Shown here one piece after another: positions 26,601 through 38,600 of a stretch of DNA of 64,000 nt (its first letter is position 1; the number at the start of each line of letters is the position of its first letter). Source of the stretch: Mytilus californianus (lineage: Eukaryota); NCBI RefSeq assembly GCF_021869535.1, contig NW_026262701.1, positions 104,594,001-104,658,000 of the forward strand, written 5' to 3'. Position numbers and translations under genes: made by a program. The notes below the pieces were generated by a model. It searched no databases. It saw only the letters and a program-made list of their open reading frames with translations, and was not told the DNA's origin.

Positions 26601-29600
26601 AGATATCAAATATAAGCAGTGAATAAGAGTATTTAAGTATTTTTTCAATATCTTATGCTTGTGTAAGATATTGAATAATATTTGGTACAAGCTATAAAAA
26701 TAAGAAGATGTGGTATGTTTGCCAATGAGACAACTCTCCACAAGAGACCAAATGACACAGAAATTATGTATTGATATCAAAGTGGATTCCCACACATTTT
26801 TCAATAACTATTGTTCCAATTCTTTCCTATGGCATCTAACCTCACCAACAACAATGAAGTTGGGTAAGTCACTAAATCTATACTCACTGAATTGTATGTC
26901 AATTAATACCTCTCATGGCTATGTAAATACATGAAATATGCACAAATGAACTAATTTGACAGTATGATTGACAACTGTCATGATTTACAAATAAATACTC
27001 AAAGGTTTGGTCATTTAATGGAATTATCTTTACTTAAATGCCAATCATAATTGACCACAGTTAAAATATCTTGTCTAACATAATTGGACAGACAATGTAT
27101 TACACAACTCAATACACAACTTAAAACACAATTCTTGACCTCAATATTGTATGTAAGATGGTTGGTATAATATAGAATGATAGATTGAGTTATTTAAATG
27201 TATAAATAATTTTGATCTACACTACATGAAATCATATTGTAAATTATGTGTCGAGGATGAATGAATTAGTGTAAGTAACATGTATTATTTTCAAAGAATC
27301 ACTCTCATTTGATATAAATATTCACAATTTAAATTGTTTGATAAAAAAAAAAAATGTATGCAACATGGTTGGACTGAAAAAATCAATGTTTGTCTCGCCT
27401 CTGCTAGTTTGAAGAAGTGAGACTTATGCATACTGTTTCCATTGGGGATGGCGTCAACAATGTTTTAGTTTATGATTAGGTATATGTTTAACATTATTTT
27501 TCTACAATTGTCCTATTATTTGAATACAGTTAGAATTAAACATGGTGAATTAGTAAAATTGAGATTTGATTTTCCTACGTTTATGATTTTTATGTAAGAT
27601 GAGGTTTGTTTTCAGCAATAGATTGGGTACAGATAGAATCCAATTCTACTGTGTTATTTGACGAGTTTCTGTCCCACAGAATTGGTTTGATACCGCTGAC
27701 CAGTGACGAAATAGTGGACAGGATGCAGTATTCTAGAGTAAGATCTAAAGGTCTTATACCAATGTTGCTTTTTTTTAACATGTATTGTAAATGTCAGCAG
27801 ACATAAAATAAAAAGTAAAAAGAGGCATATACTGGTGTGAAGGCAAGATTAGTTTAAATGAAATACTTATCTTAATCGTTTTAAACATTTGATTATATAT
27901 CATAGTAGAAGAGAGTAAAGTTTAAAAGATGAATATATAATTTAAATAATGTTTAGAGTACACAGTGACACAAGGTGTTCACTTTATTATTACTCTTGTG
28001 GTGAATTTTCACAATTAATGCTGATGATTTTATAAAATAAGGAGATGTGGTATGGTTGCCAATGAGACAACCATCCACCAAAGTTTAAATGAAGTGGATG
28101 TTAGCAATTATAAGCCTCAGTACAGCCTTCAACATTAAGAAAAGTGTATAATTCACTTTGAAATATCTGTCTGTTTATTCATTAGATATTATCAGAGTGT
28201 TGTCACCCTTAATCAACACCAATCATCCTGTTTCAATCAGATTCACTATTCACCAGCTGTGGTGAATTTTAACAAATCACCTTGTGTGTACAAGAAGTGT
28301 ATTTCTCGACTTTTCATTAAAACATATCAGCCGATTTGTTAACAACCCATAGCTACTAAAAGATTTTACATATATAATATTTTTTATCAGGTACATTTTT
28401 TGTACAAAAAAAAACTGGGAAAAAGGAGGATATGGTTTGATTAATTTATCAGAAAGTTTTGCCTTTGATATGACTGTCAAAAGAAAGTCTACACAAACAG
28501 AACATTCAACCTTTAGGCTAACTGTAAATTTAAAAAAAAATTGCAAAGTTTTTATTATTGAGCAAGATAGATTTTGCAAAAATAGAAATTCACATTTAAA
28601 ATTTTTGATAGCCTTATTTGTATGCACATTTCCTAAAATTGCAATTTTTAACAATCTTCATTATAAATACATGTGAAAATTTCTGAATTTACTTTATATA
28701 ACTAATTATTTTCACATTTGTTATCAGGATTGTACATGTGAAGAGTTTTGCCCAGAGTGTTCAGTAGAGTTCACATTGGATATGAAATGTAACGACGACC
28801 AGACCACCCACGTAACTAGTGCACATCTCATTTCCAGTAATCCTAAATGTGTTCCTGTAAGTAATTACACCCATGCAACTTATTGTTCAAGGTATTTTGT
28901 TCTTGGTCCGTCTGTTATCACTTTGCTGTTGCTAAAATAACACTTTCATTTCAAGTTTGAACACTTCTAAAATCTTGAATGTGGTCCACTTTTCTAAAAA
29001 TGGAAGATGGAAATATTTTTTGGGGTGGGAGTAGGGTGTGTATATTTTCATTGAACTAAGGTATGTACATTTTATCACATCTTCCTTGATGAAATTAGTC
29101 CTAAGTGAAGTTTTTTTTTCTCATCTACTGTCACAGAATGGTCGTGTAAAGTTGTTTTGACTATACCAAATTTCTAGCTTTTGGAATATTTTCCCTATAT
29201 TGTTCTTAAAATAATAAACAAGTTGCTTTTTTTAAAAAAAAGACAATACGTGAACCTTAGAACTTTTTTATTCTAATTATTAATTCAACTGAATAAGAAA
29301 TTATATATCAGTGTTTAGATATAAGAAGATGTGGTATGAGTGCCAATGAGACAACTCTCCATCCAAGTAAAAATTTATAAAAGTAAACCATTATAGGTCA
29401 CAGTACGGTCTTCAACACGGAGCCTTGGCTCACACCGAACAGTAAGCTATAAAGGGCCCCAAAAAATTACTAGTGTAAAACCATTCAAACGGGAAAACTA
29501 ACGGTCTAATCTATATTTAAAAAAAATGGTTATGTGTGTGGAAGATAATATTTTCTTTTTATTGTAAATCATTACAATTTTGGCATGTTGAGAGAAGTGT

Positions 29601-32600
29601 TAAATATAAAGCAATGAGGAAAAAAATAGATTCCCAGACGTATAATTTCTTAAAGAATAATAATGATTCAAAACATGGGGGACACATGTACCTTCTTCCA
29701 AAAATTCATAAAGTTAATCTAGAAATAAGTAATAAGGCATTGCGAACTGGTCAGCTAGCAGGACACATTAATGTTTGTTACCGACCAATCATCAATAAAT
29801 GCAACTCTCCTGCGAGAGATACTTATACTTGATCTAATTATAAAACCATTATTGAAGAGGCATAACTTTTACATTCAAGATAAAAATATTCCATTAATAA
29901 AATAGAGTCACACGAGGTCAAAAAAGAATGCATTCTTATTGCCTATGATGTACGTCAAGGTACACAAATATGATCATTGATAATTTAGAAGAAACTGTTA
30001 TCAATGCATTAGAATTAATTGACACACAGGACAATATACTTTAAAGATTCTCAACAAAATAGATTTAACTGCATTTGTTAAATTAATTTTTAGAAACAAT
30101 GAATTTGAGTTTAATGGACTGTTATAAACACATTATAGGAGCGCCCATGGGTGGTATATTTTCACCAACATGCACAGATCTGCATCTGTCTGTCCTATTC
30201 ATTAAAACCTTAGATAAGTTCCAATGGAGAGAAAACATCAAATTACACTGTCAATAGGGATGATGGTTTTATGGTCTTCACAGGCAAATTAGAGCAAGTT
30301 GAAGATTTCTTTAACCTAGCAAACGAAATTGACCATCTACTTTAGTTCTAATATGAGGTGTCGACATCTAGTATGACCTATATAGAGGGTGGTAAAAGGT
30401 TATTTTCGTGCAACGTTTTCGGCCTTTTTATTTCACGTGATTTCGTGTTTCGACATTTTATTTCTTGTTTTCTCGTGTTTGGTTCGACATGCGTGCTTCG
30501 TGTATCTTTCCTTAATTATTTTCCGTGTTTCGTGTCGGTACTCTTATTTTTTCGTGCTTGTCCCGCATTTGATTAAAAAGTAAACCGGGGCTAATTCAAA
30601 GTCAGCCTAGATATTGTTTTAAAATATAAAGTAATTAACTGGTCCCAAGATATTTATTAATAGCCTATTGTATTACTATGACAAATCGTATGCAACTAGA
30701 GGACGCTAAAAAGTGACCACATGCAGGGTCGCCATGTCAATTTATAATGACTGCATGATCTCCAAGAACGGCTGAGTAATAACTTTTGGTACTTTTTTCC
30801 TAAATATTTTTATTCCTTGGCTTCGTTTTTCCAGTGTGTTTTTTTCCGTGCAACGTTTTTGCAATTTGTTATTTCATGTGTTTCCGTGTTCAGACCCCTC
30901 CCCCCTTTTTTTACCACCCTCTATTTAGATACCGAAGTGTACAAAGGTGATCGATTCCATAATAATGGAATTCTTGATGTTAAGTCACGTATATTAAAAA
31001 CGCAGAAACGTATGGTCAATATTTACCAATCACTAGTGCACATCCAAAACACACATAAATTTAATAGTATTAATTTACAGTGTGTGAATAATATAAGAAA
31101 TAATAGTGACATACATGAATTAATTAAATAAATTTAATTAGCTTACAAGATTGATAGAGAATACTGTAAAAAGGAAACAGTAAAAGTTGTAAAAAATGTA
31201 TATTAACGAATAGTCTTTTAATATTTTACGTGTTTTATTTTCATTTGAAACAGATTTTTATGCCCCCGCCGTACCGGTCGGGGCATTAAGTTTTACCCTT
31301 GTCCGTCTGTACGTACGTACGTCCGTACGTCCCGAAATTGGTTTCCGTTCTCTAACTTGAGTTTGCCTCAACCAAATGTTATGAAACTTATACACAATGC
31401 TTATTACCACAAAACACAGATAAAGTTTGAATTTTGGTGGCGTCACTTTAACCGATCTAGAGTTATGCCCCTTTATAAAAGGAAATATTGCAAAATTTTT
31501 AGTTTCTGTTCTCTAACTTAAGTTTGCCTCAACCAAATGTTATGAAACTTATACACAATGCTTATTACCACAAAACACAGATCAAGTTTGAATTTTGGTG
31601 GTGTCACTTTAACCGATCTAGAGTTATGCCCCTTTATAAAAGGAAAAATTGCAAAATTTTTATTTTCTTCTAAATATCAAGTTTATATAATATATTTTTA
31701 AAATTGGAGTTATCTTCCTTTGACCATGATTATAGTTGAATCAACTACAATCAATGCTTTATACAATGCAATGTTTAATTTTGACTACCACTGATAAAAC
31801 ACAGATCAAGTTGAATTTGGGTAGTGTCACTTTAACCATTATTGAGTTATGCCCCTTTATAAATAGAAAGATTGCAAAATTTTTTAGTTTCCATTCTGTA
31901 ACTGAAGTTTTACCCAGCCAAACATTGTGAAACCTATACACAATATTCATTCCAACAAAACTCAGTAAAGATCAAGTACATTTTTTTTGTTTCAGTTCTC
32001 TAACTTGAGTTTGCCTCAACCAAATGTTATGAAACTTATACACAATGCTAATTACTACATAATACAGATTAAGTACGAAATTAGGTGGCAACACTTTTAC
32101 CATTCTAGAGTTATGTCCCATTATAAACATAAAAATTGCTGAATTTTTTAGTTTGTCTCAACCAAATGTTGTAAAACTTATACACAACCATTCTAGAGTT
32201 ATGCGTCATTACAAATAGAAAAATTGCTGAATTTTTAGTTTCTGTTCTCTACTTAAGTTAGCCTCAACCAAATGTTATGAGACTTACACACAATGCTTAT
32301 TACCACAAAACTCAGATCAAGTTCAAATTTGGGTAGTGTCACTTTTACCGTTCTTCAGTTATGTCCCTTTATAACTATATGATATGCAAGCAGGGGCATC
32401 ATCTGTGTCCACATGTGGACACTATCCACATTTATATTTATCTGATTTGTCAAAATGACAAGTATGCATAATGATTTTATTGTTACAAATAAAATCCCAA
32501 AGCCCACTATAACTCATTATGTAGAAGCCTTAGCACTATTTTAAAATATCTCTCTGTGAATATCTAGACACAGATGTTTGATACCATATGCATAGGTCGT

Positions 32601-35600
32601 TATAATTAAATCTTGACCATTTATCTTTTACTTGTTTATCAAAGGGTACAACTGTCAACTTTGCTCAAGTCAGTAAACCCTTGCAATGCATAAAATGTAG
32701 CTTTACAATAAATATACATGTTTGAAAAGGATCTATAGATTGCTTATTATCATATATCAGATAAGTGAATTAGCGATCTGTGAAAATTCTTTATTGTCAT
32801 GTTTTAAATATCTTAGATACCCCGTATGGAGGTGCTCTTAATTGCAGGAAGCTAATACAGATAAGATGAATAGGTGTTCCGAATGAACAATAATTTAGCT
32901 TCCGAATATTCCTCCATAGACTATATTTCTAACTAATTTATATGCGTGAACCAAAAATGATCTATTCCCAATTTTCAGTCAATGATACCTTCATCAATGC
33001 AGCAATTTGAGAAAGCATTCAATTTAATGAATCCACAATAGTGGAGCCAAAACACATCCACTTGTGGCAAAGTGGTCTTAGTATAAAGATAAGGAGATGT
33101 GGTATGATTGCCAATAACTATCCACCAAAGCTCAAATGAAGTGGATGTACATGTTTCCAGGACACCAACTTATGTACCATCAACGTCAAGAGATTGTAAG
33201 CAATTATAGGCAACCGTACGGCCTTCAACAATGAGAAAAATTCATACCATATAGTCAGCTATTAAAGGCCCCAGCATGAAAAATATGAAACAACTCAATT
33301 GAGAAAAGTAGCTCATCTACAGTAAACACTAGCCTGTCAACACTAAGGTTGTGAGATTCAAAACCCAGCTCATGGCAAGATGGGTTTGACTCCGATTTTA
33401 ATTGACTAGTCTTTCCAGTTTTACTGCTGAAAGGTCAGTGGTTCTTCCCAGGTAATCTAGCTTCTTCCAATTATAAAAACTGACCACCATGAAGTAGCCA
33501 AGTCTGTTGAAAGTTGTGTTACATTGAATTGAATATATTATTAATTATGATAAAACTTTATTGATAAAACATACAATATGTATAAAGTATTGATGAGGAT
33601 TAAAATTAGTCAGTGTTTATTTTACATTTAAAAGAAAGATTTCTTAGCATCTAAAATTTGGCATTTAACTTTGACATTTGTTTTTCAAAAAAAGGTAGCA
33701 CATAAGTATCTGGATAAAATAAATCACTTGAAAAAGTAACATAACAAATTAATAGGAAAAAAAAGGTAATCAAATAGAGATTCTTAACAAGATAAGCAAA
33801 CAGTTTCCGAGCTAAACGTTTGACATTAAATAAAAGAAGCTTTATTCTGAATGGTCTATTGCGAATCGAAGCAAATCTTCTGGAGGAATTCTTTGTGCAG
33901 GATTTGTTTTAAAACAGTGCCACATTATTTCTATTATTTCTGGACTACCCTCTGTAGGTTCAGGTGGTAATTGGCCTTGCATCATGTCCATAAATACTTG
34001 AAATGGATTAGTACCAGTTCTGTCAAAAAAGGCTGGTTCCAATGCCAACATTTCATAAATGATACACCCAACAGTCCATGAAAACGCTTGGTTATTTGGT
34101 TCTTCTTGTCTTAATACTTCAGGAGCCTCGTAGATTGCTGAATCTGCTCCCATCATCTCAGTCATCGGGTTATCATCTTCTTCAAGAAAAATTATTCCCT
34201 TTGGACCGTAAAAATGTATCATACTACTGTTTACTTTTGTAGAGGTAGTTATCTTTCCGTTTAGTGCAAATTCCAACAGAGTCTTGGTAATACGCCATAT
34301 AAAAACTTCTTGGAATCTAGTGTTTTGAAGTTTGCATTGTACAATTCTATCTTTAAGAGTATCTGTCGCTTCATAAACACAACAGACAGAGTTCTTGTCT
34401 TCAAAAGAGGTCATGAAGCTTGGATTATCCAATTCTGGCTTGATACCTATAGGATAAAGGCAAAATATTTATTAATATAAAAAAACGATATGTGGTATGA
34501 TTGCCAATGAGACAACTATCAACCAGAGACCAAAAGAGGAGGATGTAAATAACTATAAGACATTGTATGGCCTTCAACATGGAGCAATACCCATATTATA
34601 TAGTGAGCTATATAAAGAACCGAGCATGACAAAATGTGAAACAATTCAAAAGAGAAAAACAATGGCTGGATTTATGCTAAAACAATAAAAAAAACAACAT
34701 TAAGGCAAAAAGTAAGTAATGACAACCACTGAGAAAGGTGGCTGGGTATGACAACTTTGCTTTTACAAATATTATAGCTATAGCTGACCTACTAGACTAT
34801 TTTACAGTGTCTGTAGTATTCAAAAATATTAACAAAATAAACTCTTTGTCCATGGGAATTTAAAAAGATTTTGTATTCTGCTATATTTGGATATATGGTT
34901 CAGTGATAAAGAGTAAGTATTGATTCTTGTTTACTTATGTCTAGTGGCAAATATTTCATGGATTTTCAGGATTATATCAACAACTATAGTGTGTATTAAT
35001 TAAATAAGTAGATTCCGCAAAAATGATGGATGTTGATAAAGGGTAGGAAATTTGTACTGCCATTTATAAAGGAGGATAGGGGCAGAAATTAAGCAATGCA
35101 CAAGCTACTTTAAGGATGTCTCTTAGAGTTGTTGTAAGTTTTCTTTTACTCGTAAAGAGTTTTGGCTTCTTCAAACACTTCCCCTTTCGTCTAGACAAGG
35201 GTGCATATTTATTCATCCTGCACTGCTAGATATTCAATACTTAACATAGGCTTTACTAGTACTGTTGACAGTCAGCCATATTAAGTATTAGGCAATAAGT
35301 CAGGAAAGATTAAAAAAATATGGTTTATAAAGCCTTAAACATGTTTAACAATCTTATTTAACTGCAAAAAAGATGCAGATAATAAATACATTTTGCAATG
35401 CAGTTTATGGAATCAAGGATTTGTATCGTGAGATCTCACGATAAAAATCCTTGAAGAAATTTTTAAAAAACCAGGAAATTGGTGGTTTTTTTTGGTACCA
35501 CAGTGTTAAAATTGAAAATTTATCAATATAGGTTTGAAAAAATTTCAATGCAGTCAATGTTGTAGTCATAGTGGATATATATGGACAAGGTACACATCTA

Positions 35601-38600
35601 GGATTGTGTGCTGCATATGGTCATGAAGAATTGCCCCAGTCACTGAATTCCCATCATGTCAAAAGAATAAAAATCAAGATTCAGTGAAAAATATGTTTAA
35701 ATGGAAAAAGTAAATTTGTATGCAATACCTTTAGATTTGACTTTGATGATACAGGGGATCCCATCAAAGATACATGTAGCTGGGTAGGTTTGTTTCTGAT
35801 GATTTATGCCTTCTATTTTTTCTGCATCAATAACAAAATCCTTCAAGTTGAGAACACTGACTGTTCTCATTAGAGGTTTAGGTAGGGGAAGTGACTCATC
35901 TGCCTAGAAATGACAAAAAGTATGTTCAATGAAATTAAAATAAGAAATGATGATACAGAAAAAAATGTGCATTATTATATGTATGATTTAAATTTCTAAT
36001 AATGAAATGAAATACAAAAAAAGTATAATTTGTGTCTGGATATAAATATATCACACTTGCTTCTTCTTACTATTATTTTTTCATATACAGGTTAATGAGG
36101 TTCGGTACATTTTTTTTTTTAATTCGAAATAAAATCCTGTGTGACAGAACTATAAAATAAGAACATTCAACAAAATATGTATCCAACTACCCAGTATACA
36201 AATGTGGCATTTTGCACAACATAATTGTGTATGTTAGATGTGTGTTGATGTCACTGTGTTGCTGTGCCATTGACGTATATCCCACATCTCCTTTTATTCA
36301 TTTATCCAGTTGAGGAGAAGTTAAAAGGAGAAATTGATATTTGTTTTATTGATCAGTGAATTTGACTATGTTAGTTTGATGGGTGGATCATGAAATCAGC
36401 AATCCTTCGTGTCCAAGATAAAACCCTTTCTTTGTATGGTAACTTCACCCGCCTTTTATTTTTTCAAGACATTTTGGAGAATGAAAAGAATTGAAAACAA
36501 TTTTGTTTTGTTGAAGTGGGAAAATTCTTAGGAAAAAATTTACTACGCTGTTTGTTCCTGATTATTTTTAGTACTGAAATTTCTAAGATAAAGTACTTTC
36601 TAGAGATTGTGAAATTTCCAGTAGCTTTGTGTTGTACATCCATTGATGCCAAACAAACCAACTTACAGAAAAACTTTATAAAAGGAATTTGGGTTGATTA
36701 ATTTTGATCATCAAAACCTCTGAGATATGCTGTAATATTTACCTGCTTGATCCTTTTGAGTGTAATCGCATGTAGAATAGTGTTCCTGCATATACTCTGT
36801 AAACTTGGTGGATTAGTCACTGGAACAGTTCTACTAAATGTCTTTGTTAAGGGGTTAAATTGTTCCGACATGATGTGTTAATTCAAAGGTTTTCCATTTT
36901 TCTGTAAACAGAAAGTAAAAATGTGAATCTGTAATCAGTAATATGAAATGTGAACTTAAACAGAAAGTAGAAATGTGAAACAGGGTACATCAAAATTTGC
37001 TATATGGATTCTTTTATTTTCATGGGTACCGATTTTCATGAATTGAAAAATATTTGTATCTTGTGAATATTTGATTTCCTGGTTTTGCAAAAGTTTGTAT
37101 GCAGCCTTTACAAAATTTATACTTGGTGGCACATTTAAATTCTTCTCCCTGTACCCACATAATCTATAAAAGTTGTTACTCAACATTTGTTCATGAGAGG
37201 ACAGTTTTCATACAGTTCCTCTAGACTCAGTTCCTGCGTTATAACTTACAGTGGTGAAGTGGGTGCACCCCTCTGTTTGAGAGAAATTTTTTTTGTAATG
37301 TATATTTTAATCATGATATACTATGGATTGTGAAGATATGTTTTTTTTTTAAACTCTTTATTTAATTTTTTTTTAACGACCGCAAAAAATTTTGTGGTCG
37401 TATATTGGTATCACGTCGTCTTTGTCAGTGTCAGCGTCGTCCGAAGACATTTGGTTTCTGGACAATAACTTTAGTATAAGTAAATAGAAATCTATAAAAT
37501 TTAAACACAAGGTTTATAACCACAAAAGGAAGGTTGGGATTGATTTTAGGGGTTATGGTCCTAACAGTTTATGAATTAGGGGCCAAAATAAGCATTTTTC
37601 TAGTTTCCAGACAATACTTTGTGGAACGGTGTATGGATCTCTCTGAAATTATACCACAAGTTTCCATACCACATAGGAATGATTAGGATTGGCTTTGGGG
37701 GGTAATGGCTCAAACCGTTTAGGAATTAGGGGGAAAAACAAGGGTTTCCTTGTTAATGGACAATTACTTTTAAGTACAATGTTAAGTTCGGATTACCTCC
37801 CTTACACTGCTTTTAAATTATGTATAAAGAAATGTTGTACTGTCTTGAAGTGATTAGCTGTCAATTTATTTTTAGAAGTTACTATTAAAAATGCTGATTA
37901 AGGAATATTAATTTTAGACATGATTATGTATGTCATTTTCTATTTTAAGACTTTTATGATGTATTTAAATAGGTAATTATGGTTGCAAACTCCATTGAAA
38001 TTTGAATTGAGATAATGACCATATCTTGAAGGAAAGATTTTTTTTTTGGAAAAAGGGGAGGGGGAGGTGAAAAAAATTGGGGGGGGGGGTAACCAAGAAA
38101 TTGGGGGGGGGAACAATTTTTTTTTCTCATTTCTCATTTCTCAGAAATTAAAAAGAAAATTTCTTCAAATATTTTTTTTTTTTTTTATGCAAAAAAAAAA
38201 GGGGGTAAACATTTATTTTTTTTTTTTGGGGGGGGGGGGGGCGGGTGTCAATTTCGCAACAGCATAGTGTATTGCACAAAAGCAAAAAAATTGAATATAA
38301 ATTCAAATCATATAACCAATTCTAAGTTCTTTGACTACAGTTATTCTGTGTCAGAAACCTATTATGTGTCAAATATTTAATTACAATCCAAATTCAGACC
38401 TGTATCAAGTGCGAATACTGTGTCCTTTTTTGCCCCAACTGTTCAGGGTTGGACCTCTGCGGTCGTTATCAGCTGCGCTCGGCGAAGCAATTTATTAAGT
38501 TTTTTACTCCTTTTAATAGGTTTTGACCTGGATTTATTCTTATTCCATTTATATTTGTTGTTGAAAAAAGAACAAAGTTGTCTTGAAATGCAAAGTTGTT

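Noticed and set aside
37940-38267. Pro-rich and Gly-rich ORFs
   Set aside because: These are homopolymer G/A/T runs inside a transposon.
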